Below are positions 41,325-50,149 of a stretch of DNA of 64,000 bases, piece after piece. The notes below the pieces were generated by a model. That model did not search any database. It saw nothing but the letters and a program-made list of their open reading frames with translations, and was not told where the DNA came from. Origin of the DNA: Thermoplasmata archaeon (lineage in GTDB: Archaea > Thermoplasmatota > Thermoplasmata > Lutacidiplasmatales > UBA184); NCBI GenBank assembly GCA_021806135.1, contig JAJZYB010000007.1, positions 217 to 64,216 of the forward strand, in the 5' to 3' direction. Numbering within the stretch: the stretch's first letter is position 1; every line of letters begins with the position of its first letter. The translations under genes were made by a program, and so were the position numbers.

Positions 41325-41699
41325 GGGGGCGTGTTCCCGCAGGTGCCCGTCCCTGGAGCCGGGGAGGACAGGCGCTTCCCGGGGGGGGATCCCCGCGGGG
41401 AGGGTGCTCCAAAGCCGCCATCCACCTTCGGGGGAAAGACCGGGAAGGACGGCCGGATCGCCGGGGAATCCCTAATCGGAGGCAACGGGGCACCGACTGG
41501 GGGGAACGCGGAGGGCAGGGGCCCGGTTCCTCTCGCCAGGGTCCCAGCCGGAGTGGAACCCGGCATATCGGACGGGGAGCCGTGGACAGTTAAAAGGCCG
41601 GGCCGGTCGGGCCCTCGTCCCTCCCCCGGAGAACCGCCCCTCCGCTCGAACAGGCTTGAGCATACCTCTTCATAGGTCAGGGGGACTTCCTCGCTAGCC

Positions 41700-42245
41700 A
41701 TGTCCGGGAAGAAGCGTTCCCCCTCCCGCAAGAAGCGGCCGGTTGCCCCGGCTCGCTCGCGTCGTCCCCCGTCCCGCCCCGCGCGAGCCCGCCAGCCTTC
41801 CCCCTCCCAGAACCTCTCCCGGGATCTCTTCGAGACCCTGGAGCTCCTGGGGGATGCCTTCGAAGAGGCGGTGGGACACGTCCTCAAGCGCCCGGGCTCG
41901 CCCCTCCTCCTCGCGGGGCCCCGTCTCCCTCTCCCGCTCTCCCGCCTTGTCACCGGTTACGTGGGTTGGCAGATCGAGCTACGGGGCGAGCCGACGGCGG
42001 TGCCCTCCCTGCCCCGGGGGGTGCTCTACCTGTTGGCGTCGCCGGCTCCTGTGGGGGCCTCGATGCACCGGACCGGCGAGTCCCCGGTCCAAGCGGTGCG
42101 TTGGAATGCGGTCCACGCCCTGGAGCTGGCCAGTGCCGGGGCCCGCCTCCTCCTCCTCGCCGCGCCTCACGACTCGTCCGACCTTCCGCGCTTCCGGACC
42201 CTGGCGGAGGACGTCCGCGCCGAGTTCCGGCCGGACCAGGATTGA
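41700..42245 (+). CDS. hypothetical protein with basic K/R/P/S-rich N-terminal tail
   Basis: MSGKKRSPSRKKRPVAPARSRRPPSRPARAR... followed by a roughly 130-aa globular region with no recognisable motif. Confidence 0.35.
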   Translation: MSGKKRSPSRKKRPVAPARSRRPPSRPARARQPSPSQNLSRDLFETLELLGDAFEEAVGHVLKRPGSPLLLAGPRLPLPLSRLVTGYVGWQIELRGEPTAVPSLPRGVLYLLASPAPVGASMHRTGESPVQAVRWNAVHALELASAGARLLLLAAPHDSSDLPRFRTLAEDVRAEFRPDQD

Positions 42246-42257
42246 ACGGGCCCCGGT

Positions 42258-43367
42258 TCAGGGGGACACCGGAGGGGAGGTTCCGGGCCCGTCCGGGGGC
42301 GGGGACCCCCGCTTGCGGCGGGAGGTGCTGCTCTCGCTCATGCCCATGAGGACCAGGAAACCCGCCCCCGCGAGCACCACCGCCGCCACGACGAAGAGCC
42401 CCACCTGGACCACCTGGCCGACCACCGGCACGGCGTTGGGGGGCTGCGGGGTCACCCCCACGTAGACGCGCCCCTGCATTCCCGGGAAGTGACCGGGGAC
42501 CGTGCAGACGTACTCGTAGATGCCGTGGCTGGCGGGCATGGTGATCGGCGCCGTCACCACCGGAGGGGCATTGGGGGTCAGCGGGTCGTCCACGAGCGGG
42601 GGGTTCGACACGAAGTAGGCGAGCAGTTGGGCGTTCGAGAAGCTGTTGGAGAGGCCGGTATCGTTGGGGATGGAGTCCAGCGTGAACGTGTGCGAGAGCG
42701 CCCCCTGGATCCCCACCTCGAAGACGATGGGCAGCCCTGGCGCGGCGATCAGGATCGAAGGGACGAAGGTGATGGAACCGGTGGCATTCAGGAAGACCAC
42801 CTGGTGCGGGCCTACCACGCCCGCTCCCACGGTCAGGAAGCCGAAGAGCCCGGCCTTGAACTGATACCCACCCGAGGCCAGGGAGAGGAACTCGTAGCTG
42901 TCCCCGGCCGGGTCCGTCAGGGTCCGGAAGGTGTGGTTCCAGTACCCGGCCTGACCGGGGGCCAGGGTCAGGTTGACCAGGGAGGCGTTGGCGGGGGCGA
43001 AGAGGGCGAGGAGCTTCGCGGGGGTGATGTTCGCCGGGATCACCTGGTTGGGGGTGGCATCCACGGTGAAGGTGTGCGTCACGGTCCCCACGTTGACCAG
43101 GTGGAGGGAGAGCGTGGTGTTCAAGGAGACGTTCAGGGCGGAGGGTTCGTAGCCGTTGTCGGTCACGTTGACCGTCTGGTTCACCTGGGCGGCGGGGGAA
43201 CTCCCGGGGATGAACCGGGCGTACCCGATGTTGGCGGGGCTGACGTACCCGTCCACGTGCAGGAGGTAGGGGATGGAGAAGGCGCTCGCCACCATGGCCA
43301 GCGCCACCACCAGGGAGAGGGCTCCCCGGCGGGAGCGCCTGGGTCCACGCCTCCGAGGGGATCGCAT
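42258..43367 (-). CDS. tandem cupredoxin-domain blue copper protein (second domain with intact type-1 Cu site), membrane anchored
   Basis: Domain 2 has HTFTL...YVCTVPGHFPGMQG. Domain 1 has HTFTV but lacks the Cys. Arg-rich signal (possible Tat signal), C-terminal TM anchor, about 10 N-x-S/T sequons. Confidence 0.7.
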   Translation of the reverse strand: MRSPRRRGPRRSRRGALSLVVALAMVASAFSIPYLLHVDGYVSPANIGYARFIPGSSPAAQVNQTVNVTDNGYEPSALNVSLNTTLSLHLVNVGTVTHTFTVDATPNQVIPANITPAKLLALFAPANASLVNLTLAPGQAGYWNHTFRTLTDPAGDSYEFLSLASGGYQFKAGLFGFLTVGAGVVGPHQVVFLNATGSITFVPSILIAAPGLPIVFEVGIQGALSHTFTLDSIPNDTGLSNSFSNAQLLAYFVSNPPLVDDPLTPNAPPVVTAPITMPASHGIYEYVCTVPGHFPGMQGRVYVGVTPQPPNAVPVVGQVVQVGLFVVAAVVLAGAGFLVLMGMSESSTSRRKRGSPPPDGPGTSPPVSP

Positions 43368-43405
43368 CGGGAAATGCCCACGGGCCCGCCGTACATATCC
43401 CTGCG

Positions 43406-43423
43406 GTACGAACCGGCCGGTTC
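43406..43423. promoter_or_regulatory. GTACGAAC motif fused to a perfect 14-bp palindrome GAACCGGCCGGTTC, 40-57 bp upstream of the tandem cupredoxin gene
   Basis: Fourth locus carrying the motif. The palindrome overlaps the stop codon of the upstream gene. Confidence 0.45.
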
Positions 43424-44303
43424 AGGTCCCGCCCCGGTTCTCCTCCCGGGGCACGGGAGGGCCGTGGCGGGGGAGGACCCGGGGCGCCTCCTCCCCCTCG
43501 AAGCGGCGGATGAGCTGGGTGGTGACCTCGATGAGGGGGTGGTGGCCCGAACGGTCCACCTCGATGTCCTCCAGGTCCCCGAGGTGGTGCTCCCGGGCCA
43601 AGCGTTCCAGCCCGATCTCCACCTTGTCGAAGTCCTCGGGCGTGTCACAGACGAGCACGAAGGCCTGGAGCTGCCGCAGGCCCATCTCCCGGGCCGCGAG
43701 GGCCCGGTGATGCCCGTCCACCAGGAGGTAGTCCTCCCCCTTGCGGATGGCGAGCACGGGCTCGGCGAACCCCCGCTCCAGCTCATAGCGCCGGCCCTCG
43801 AGCTCGTCCTGGTAGACCTTCCACTGGGTCGGGTGCATCCGGCTCAGCGGGATGGTCATCCGCCGGAGGGTGAAGGTGAATCCGTAGCGGTCGTTCAGCA
43901 GGCGCCGGAGCGTCTCCGCCTTCAACGGGCTCGCCCGTTCGAAGTGGCTCCGGACCACGTCCAGGTTGCTGAGGATCCCCACCAGCCGGCCTTCCCCGTC
44001 GACCACGGGGAGGTCCCGCAGACCGTAGCGGAAGAGCACCCGGGCCGCATCCTCCAGGTCCATCTCCGGCGTCGCGGTATACGTCCCCGGGCGGATCATC
44101 GCCGAGAGCCGGCGGCCCCGGTTCCCGGCGTTCCTCAAGAGCTCCTTGGCCGAGACGAACGCCACGAGCTTGCCCTCCCCGTCGGTCACCGGGAGCCCGT
44201 GGTGCCGGCTCTGGATGAGCTGGTCGATGGCCTCCCCGACCGTGGCCTCCCGGGTCACATGCTCCACCCGGAGCACCATGTAATCCCGGACCTTCTCGGC
44301 CAT
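43422..44303 (-). CDS. CBS-pair domain protein with C-terminal ParB/sulfiredoxin-like domain
   Basis: Two CBS repeats (GLPVTDGEGKLVAFVS, DLPVVDGEGRLVGILS) and a DYLLVDGHHRALAAREMG ParB-N-like motif. Confidence 0.7.
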   Translation of the reverse strand: MAEKVRDYMVLRVEHVTREATVGEAIDQLIQSRHHGLPVTDGEGKLVAFVSAKELLRNAGNRGRRLSAMIRPGTYTATPEMDLEDAARVLFRYGLRDLPVVDGEGRLVGILSNLDVVRSHFERASPLKAETLRRLLNDRYGFTFTLRRMTIPLSRMHPTQWKVYQDELEGRRYELERGFAEPVLAIRKGEDYLLVDGHHRALAAREMGLRQLQAFVLVCDTPEDFDKVEIGLERLAREHHLGDLEDIEVDRSGHHPLIEVTTQLIRRFEGEEAPRVLPRHGPPVPREENRGGT

Positions 44304-44334
44304 GGTGCATCCCGGGGGAGGGACCCCGGAGCGG

Positions 44335-44913
44335 TTAGCGGCTCCGTTCGTCCCGGAAGTACGAGCAGAGCAGGTGGCCGACGATCAGGTGGGTGTCCTC
44401 GATGTGCTGCATGTTCTGGGAGGGGACCACCAGGGAAAGGTCGCAGAGGGCCTTCTGCTTCCCCCCGCCCATCCCGATGAGGCCCACCGTCCCCATCCCC
44501 AGCTTCCGCGCCTCCTCCAGACCCCGGAGCACGTTGGGAGAGTTCCCGCTCCCGGAGATCCCCACGGCCAGGTCTCCCGGGCGGCCCAGGTTCTTCAGCT
44601 GCTCGGCGTACACCTCGGCGTAGGCCAGGTCATTGGCCCAGGCGAGGAGGGTGGGGACCGGATCGGAGAGCGAGAGGCATCGGAAGCGGGGTTGCCCCGG
44701 CGCGATGGTGAGCTTGGCCAGGTCATTGGCGAGATGGCTCCCGGTGGAGGCGCTCCCCCCGTTCCCGAAGAAGAAGATGGTCGACCCGTCCTTGCGCGCC
44801 CTGGCGAAAAGCTCCGTCAGTCGTTCGATCCCTTCGACCAGGTAGGGGGCGGTGACGGAGGCCACGGTCTCGGCCACGTATCCTTTGACGTACTCCTCCA
44901 CGCTCCTTCCCAT
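44335..44913 (-). CDS. gmhA: SIS-domain sedoheptulose-7-phosphate isomerase
   Basis: FFFGNGGSASTGSHLANDL and GISGSGNSPNV SIS motifs. Confidence 0.8.
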   Translation of the reverse strand: MGRSVEEYVKGYVAETVASVTAPYLVEGIERLTELFARARKDGSTIFFFGNGGSASTGSHLANDLAKLTIAPGQPRFRCLSLSDPVPTLLAWANDLAYAEVYAEQLKNLGRPGDLAVGISGSGNSPNVLRGLEEARKLGMGTVGLIGMGGGKQKALCDLSLVVPSQNMQHIEDTHLIVGHLLCSYFRDERSR

Positions 44914-44928
44914 CGGGCCCTTCCCCCT

Positions 44929-45909
44929 TTACCGCCCCACGAAGACGATCCGCGAACCCTCGTTGGAGATACGGACCGGCAGGTGGCGGTGTCCCGAGAG
45001 GGCCTCGGCTACTTGAGGGCTCTTCCCGGGGGGGGCCACCACGAGGAGGAAGCCACCGCCCCCCGCCCCCGTGACCTTGCCTCCGAGGGCTCCCGCCTCG
45101 CGGGCCTTGGAGTACATGGTGTCGATGGCCCCGTTGCTGATCCCGCTGCTCAGGGTCTTCTTCAGTTCCCAGCCCTCCTCCAGGAGGCGGCCGACCCCCT
45201 CGTAGTCGCCGGCGAGGATGGCTTCCCGGGTCCTTCCGGCCAGGTCCCGGAGCCGGTCCAGGGCGGGGACGTTCTCGTTGGACCGGCGGTTCTGTTCTCC
45301 CAGGATCTGTCCGGAGCGCCGGGTGGTCCCCGTGTAATACAGGGAGAGGTATCCCTCGAAGCGCTCCGTCTCCGCCCGGGAGAGGGGGAGTGGCTCTACG
45401 GAGACGCTGTCGTCGGGGAGGAAGGTATAGTGCCGGAGGCCCCCGAAGGCGGCCGCGTACTGGTCCTGCTTCCCGCTGGGCTCCCCCAGGTGCTCGATCT
45501 CGATCCGGCAGGCCTCCTCGGCCAGTTCCCGGGGGCTCTTCAACTGGCCCCGGAAGGCCCAGAGCGCGTTGAGGATCCCCACCGCGAAGGAGCTCGACGA
45601 GCCCAACCCGGTCCCTTCCGCGGGGATGTCCGAGACGGTGACGATCTCCACCGCCTCGGTGACGCCCGTGGTCCGCATCGCCTCCCGGACCATGGGGTGG
45701 TTCACGTCCTCCACCCGGCGGACGTACTCCGCCGTCCGCGAGTAGCTCACCCGGATGTCCTGATCGAACTTCTCGTTCACCAGCACGTAGACGTACCGGT
45801 CCAGGGCGGCGGAGACCACCTCCCCGCCCCCCCGGGTGCGGTAGTAGGAGGCGAGGTCGGTCCCCCCACCGGCCAGGGAGACCCGCAGGGGGGTCCGGCT
45901 GATGATCAC
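44929..45909 (-). CDS. GHMP-family sugar kinase (D-glycero-D-manno-heptose 7-phosphate kinase-like)
   Basis: PAEGTGLGSSSSFAVG ATP-binding motif of GHMP kinases. Adjacent to gmhA. Confidence 0.8.
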   Translation of the reverse strand: MIISRTPLRVSLAGGGTDLASYYRTRGGGEVVSAALDRYVYVLVNEKFDQDIRVSYSRTAEYVRRVEDVNHPMVREAMRTTGVTEAVEIVTVSDIPAEGTGLGSSSSFAVGILNALWAFRGQLKSPRELAEEACRIEIEHLGEPSGKQDQYAAAFGGLRHYTFLPDDSVSVEPLPLSRAETERFEGYLSLYYTGTTRRSGQILGEQNRRSNENVPALDRLRDLAGRTREAILAGDYEGVGRLLEEGWELKKTLSSGISNGAIDTMYSKAREAGALGGKVTGAGGGGFLLVVAPPGKSPQVAEALSGHRHLPVRISNEGSRIVFVGR

Positions 45910-45933
45910 GGGAAGCGGGGATGGGGGGGAGGA

Positions 45934-48096
45934 TTAAGGGTCTTCGGAGAGCCGGGGCCGGCTGGTGGCCGGGCTGGAGGACGGTTCGGGCCGGTGGTGG
46001 GGTCGGCCGACCTTGGGAGGAGGCCGGCCCGACCGCCGCCGGCCTAAGAAGAGCCGCTCCACCTCGTCCCGGACCGAGACGAGGGGCTTGAGCCCCGGGA
46101 GGGCATCCGCGAACTGCGCGGCCCGTCGGTCCAGGATGATCCCCAGGCCCCGGTCGTCCTCGGAGCGGATCATCCGTCCGAGGGCCTGGAGCAGCGCGCG
46201 CCGGGCCGGGGCCACCATGCCGTACTCCCATCCCCGGCCGGTCAGGTGGTCCAGGTAGCGGATGAGCGCCTCCCGGCGTGCGGTGGGGCGGGGAAAGGGG
46301 ATGCCCACGAGGATCACCGACTCGAGCTCCTCGTCGGGGAAGTCGATCCCCTCGGCCACCCGCCCTCCACAGACCCCGAGGAGGAGCCCGGCCCCCGGGG
46401 AGCGCTTGAACCCCTCCACCAGGTTCCAAAGCTGTTCGGAAGGCATCCGGCGGCTCTCCATGACCGCGCCCCGGGGAAGCTCCGAGGAAAGCCCTCGGGC
46501 GAGGAACCGGTCCAGCAGGGAGAAGCTGGGGAAGAAGGCGGCCGTCTTCACCGGGAGTTCCGTCAGGACATCCACCAGCGAGCGGTAGAGCCGGGGGAGC
46601 GCCTCCGGGTCGCCTTGGAGCTCCTCATGGCGGCTGGTCACGTCGGGGACGTAGCGGAGGACCCGATGGGACGGGGGGAAGGGGGAGGGCACCGTCAACA
46701 GACCACTGTCCATCGGAAGCCCCAGGGTGTCCCGGTACTCCTCCAGGGGGGCGAGGGTGCCGGAGAGGTGGACGGAGAGGTGGGTGCCCAGGATGGGGGA
46801 CGCGGGTTCCCGGGCGTCCAGGGCATAGGCCTCCACGGCCTTGTGGGGACTTGCGATGGCCGCCTTGACGTATTCCGGCGGGTCCACGCCCCCCCAGGAG
46901 AGCAGGTGTTCGGCCACCGTCGCGGCGTAGGAGCGGGGGAGGCGACGGGCCTGTCTACGGCGGTCCCGCAGCCGCTCTCCCCACTCGGCCAGGGACAGGA
47001 GCATCCGCCGGAGGTCGTGGCTGGTCCCTCCCACCTCGGCCAGGAGCCGGTCCTCGAGTCCGCCGGGAGGCAGGAGCCCGTCCTCCTCGCCGGCGTATTC
47101 CTCCACGACCTCGGAGAGGACCTCCTCCACCTGGGCGAGGAAGGCCACGGCGGGGCGTTGGGGGAGAGGTCCCCCGGGGGTCGGAGCGTCGGCGAGGAGG
47201 GGGAAGTCCCCGTGCTCCTCCACCTCCTCCCGGGCCCGGTGCACCGTCTCGAGGCCTAACCTCAGGGTGATGCTCTCCCGGAGGTATTCCGGCAGGTTGT
47301 GGGCCTCGTCGACGACGAGGTCCACCTGGTCCAGGGAGACCCCCAACCAGGTGAGGAGCGAGGGCCGGATCCTCGGGTGGAAGAAGAACACGTAGGGAGC
47401 GACCACCACCGTGGCCTCCCGGCAGAGGCGTTTGGCCAGCTCGTACGGGCAGAGGTTCTCCGCCGAGGCCAGGGCCTTGAACCGGTAGGAATCCGGAGCC
47501 TCCTGGGCGATGCGATCGGCCAAACGGGGAAGGTCGGCGGCGATGAGCCGGGCGTAGTAGGGGCAGCCTTCCAGGTCGGTCAGCTCCAGGGTGGTCCTCT
47601 TCGCTCCCCGGCCCGGCGGCCTCGCCGGGGCCGGCCCGGTGCGGTCCGGGGCCGGGGGGCGTTCAGTGGCCCGCTTCCGGTCGGCGCAGAGCTTGCCGAT
47701 CTCCTCCGCGCTCGCCCCCTCCATCTCCGGCAAGGACTCGAAGAGAAGGCAGCGGGCCTGCCGCCCCTCCAGGGCCAGGGCGAGCACCGGGGTCCCGCTC
47801 CGGCGGGCGATGGCGCGGGTCTCGGCCAGCACCTGGGCGCTCTGGGAGTGGGTCCGGACCAGATAGAGGATCTTGTGCCCGCTCTCCCGGGCGTGGGGGA
47901 TCAGCGGGGCGAGCACCGCCACGGTCTTCCCGGTGCCGGTGGGGGCGTCCAGAAGGAGCGCACCACCGCGATGGGTACGTTCGGTCACGTTGCGGAGGAT
48001 CCCTTCCTGAGAGGGGCGGGTCCGGTACGGGAAGGACCCGCGCGTCGCGCGGCCCCTCCCGCCGGCAGGCCGGGGTGGGGAAGCGGGGGGAGACAT
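45934..48096 (-). CDS. XPD/Rad3-family 5'-3' DNA helicase (FeS cluster)
   Basis: FPYRTRPSQ start motif, Walker A DAPTGTGKT, Cys residues of an FeS domain, DEAH-like VVDEAHNL. Start at CAT 48094-48096 inside the longer ORF. Confidence 0.8.
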   Translation of the reverse strand: MSPPASPPRPAGGRGRATRGSFPYRTRPSQEGILRNVTERTHRGGALLLDAPTGTGKTVAVLAPLIPHARESGHKILYLVRTHSQSAQVLAETRAIARRSGTPVLALALEGRQARCLLFESLPEMEGASAEEIGKLCADRKRATERPPAPDRTGPAPARPPGRGAKRTTLELTDLEGCPYYARLIAADLPRLADRIAQEAPDSYRFKALASAENLCPYELAKRLCREATVVVAPYVFFFHPRIRPSLLTWLGVSLDQVDLVVDEAHNLPEYLRESITLRLGLETVHRAREEVEEHGDFPLLADAPTPGGPLPQRPAVAFLAQVEEVLSEVVEEYAGEEDGLLPPGGLEDRLLAEVGGTSHDLRRMLLSLAEWGERLRDRRRQARRLPRSYAATVAEHLLSWGGVDPPEYVKAAIASPHKAVEAYALDAREPASPILGTHLSVHLSGTLAPLEEYRDTLGLPMDSGLLTVPSPFPPSHRVLRYVPDVTSRHEELQGDPEALPRLYRSLVDVLTELPVKTAAFFPSFSLLDRFLARGLSSELPRGAVMESRRMPSEQLWNLVEGFKRSPGAGLLLGVCGGRVAEGIDFPDEELESVILVGIPFPRPTARREALIRYLDHLTGRGWEYGMVAPARRALLQALGRMIRSEDDRGLGIILDRRAAQFADALPGLKPLVSVRDEVERLFLGRRRSGRPPPKVGRPHHRPEPSSSPATSRPRLSEDP

Positions 48097-48460
48097 TCGT
48101 CCTCGTTGCGGGGGGGCCCACCGGACGATAAAGCCCCCCGACAACGGTGGATGGCTCCCCGGGTCGGAAGGGGGGAGCGGTACAACGATGCCACGGGTGG
48201 GGGGCTCGCGCAATGGGTTTCGGGCGGGGGTCGTCCACCCCTCCCCGGTCCGTAGGTTAAGACCCTCTCCTCCTGCCGGGGGGATGCCCGGGCGCTCGCC
48301 AACCTGAGCGGGTCGAGCGTTTCCACGCTCCGGGCCTCCGGGCTCGGCCCGCGTTGGGAACGGGGATCGGCACGCGTGGCCGCCCCCGGGGCGTGCGGAC
48401 TTCTGTCGGATCCCGTTCGCCTCGTTCGCCGGGCCCACGGGAGGTTCGGGGCCGTTCCTT

Positions 48461-49849
48461 CTAGGCCTTCTTGACGGCCTGGACGAGTTCGCCCACCACG
48501 TGCTGCGCGTCGCCGTAGAGCATCCGGCAGTTGTCCTTGTAGAACAGGTCGTTCTCGATCCCGGCGAAGCCCTTCCCCTGGCCCCGCTTGATGACGATGA
48601 CGTTCTTCGCCTGGTCCACATCCAGGATCGGCATTCCCTGGAGGGCGCTTCCCGTCCGCCGGGCGGCCGGGTTCACCACGTCGTTCGCCCCGATGACCAG
48701 GGCCACGTCGGTGTGCGCGAGCTCCGGGTTGATCTCGTCCCGGTCGAACAGCTTGTCGTAGGAGACCCCCGCCTCCGCCAGGAGCACGTTCATGTGCCCG
48801 GGCATCCGCCCGGCCACGGGGTGGATCGCGAACTTCACGGTGACCCCCCGGGCCTCCAGGGCGTCCGCCAGTTCCTTGACCTTCTGCTGGGCCTGGGCCA
48901 CGGCCATCCCGTACCCCGGGGCGATCACCACCTGCCCGGAGTACTCCATCAGCACGGCGGCATCGGCGACATCGATGGGCTTGAGGGAGCCGGTGACCGG
49001 GCCCCCCGTGTCCGGGCCGCTTCCGAAGGCCCCGAAGAGCACGTTCCCCAGGGACCGGTTCATGGCCCGGGCCATGAGGAGGGTGAGGAGCGACCCGGCG
49101 GCGCCCACCAGGGTCCCGGCGATGACCATCGCGTAGCCGGCATCCCCCAGGGGCCCGTTGACCAGGGCGAACCCATCGAGCGCCACCGCGACCCCGGTCA
49201 GCGCGTTGAAGAGGCTGATCACCACGGGCATGTCCGCCCCGCCGATGGGGAGCGTGAGCAGGATCCCGTAGACGAGGAGGAGCACGAAGAACGGCAGGAG
49301 GTAGAACGCCTGGGCCACCACCACGGCCGCTCCCCCGAAGCCCACCCCCACGAGGAGGACGGCGAAGTTCACCACCTGGCGGGCGGGCAGGACGATGGGC
49401 CGGCCCGGTAGCCATCCCTGGAGCTTGGAGAAGGCGATGAAGCTCCCCGCGATGGAGATGCTGCCGATGATGGCCCCTGCCAGGCTGAGCCCGGTGGTGG
49501 CGCCGGCGGAAAGGCTCGTGAGGAGCTCCACGGCGGCGATGGCGGCCGCGGCCCCCCCTCCCATCCCGTTGAAGATGGCCACCATCTGGGGCATGTCGGT
49601 CATCTTGACCACCCGGGCCCAGTACCACCCCGCCCCTCCACCGATGAAGACCCCCAGGGCGATGAGGGCGAAATTGCCGAGGCCCCCCGTGGCGAAGGTG
49701 ACCGCCACCGCCACCAGCATGGCCACCCCGGCGTAGAGGATCCCCCGGCGGGCGGTCTCCGGGGAGCTCATCGCCTTCAGGCCCAGGATGAAAGCGATCA
49801 CCGCCACCACGTAGACGGCGTCGATGACGGTGCCGACCCAGGCGATCAT
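48461..49849 (-). CDS. pntB: NAD(P) transhydrogenase subunit beta
   Basis: N-terminal TM domain plus C-terminal NADP(H)-binding domain (GYGMAVAQAQ...VIGANDVVNPAA). Confidence 0.9.
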   Translation of the reverse strand: MIAWVGTVIDAVYVVAVIAFILGLKAMSSPETARRGILYAGVAMLVAVAVTFATGGLGNFALIALGVFIGGGAGWYWARVVKMTDMPQMVAIFNGMGGGAAAAIAAVELLTSLSAGATTGLSLAGAIIGSISIAGSFIAFSKLQGWLPGRPIVLPARQVVNFAVLLVGVGFGGAAVVVAQAFYLLPFFVLLLVYGILLTLPIGGADMPVVISLFNALTGVAVALDGFALVNGPLGDAGYAMVIAGTLVGAAGSLLTLLMARAMNRSLGNVLFGAFGSGPDTGGPVTGSLKPIDVADAAVLMEYSGQVVIAPGYGMAVAQAQQKVKELADALEARGVTVKFAIHPVAGRMPGHMNVLLAEAGVSYDKLFDRDEINPELAHTDVALVIGANDVVNPAARRTGSALQGMPILDVDQAKNVIVIKRGQGKGFAGIENDLFYKDNCRMLYGDAQHVVGELVQAVKKA

Positions 49850-50148
49850 GGGCGGGCCCCCGGCCGCTTGGAGCGGTCGAACATGGCGAGGATCCGCTCG
49901 GTGACCACGTAGCCGCCGGTCACGTTCATGGCCCCCATGATGACCGCGAGGAGCCCAATGGCCTCCTCCAGGGGGGTGGTGGCGAAGCCCAGCGCCACGA
50001 TCCCGCCGACCAGGACGATCCCGTGGATGAAGTTCGAGCCGCTCATCAGCGGGGTGTGCAGGAGGACCGGGACCCGGGAAATGACCTCGTAGCCCGTGAA
50101 AGCGGCCAGGATGGCGATGAACAGGGCGGTCCAGACGTCGGCCGCCAT
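49846..50148 (-). CDS. NAD(P) transhydrogenase subunit alpha part 2 (membrane)
   Basis: 100-aa three-TM PntAA-like protein, translationally coupled to pntB. Confidence 0.85.
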   Translation of the reverse strand: MAADVWTALFIAILAAFTGYEVISRVPVLLHTPLMSGSNFIHGIVLVGGIVALGFATTPLEEAIGLLAVIMGAMNVTGGYVVTERILAMFDRSKRPGARP

Positions 50149-50149
50149 C

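Noticed and set aside
41425-41447. Initial idea that GGAAAGACCGGG alone marks an RNase P RNA
   Set aside because: A single motif match, with the conserved bulged U replaced by A, is insufficient. It is reported only as a tentative multi-motif observation needing covariance-model testing.
42489-44480. 663-aa plus-strand ORF spanning the cupredoxin and CBS-ParB genes on the opposite strand
   Set aside because: No domain content. The opposite-strand genes are well supported.
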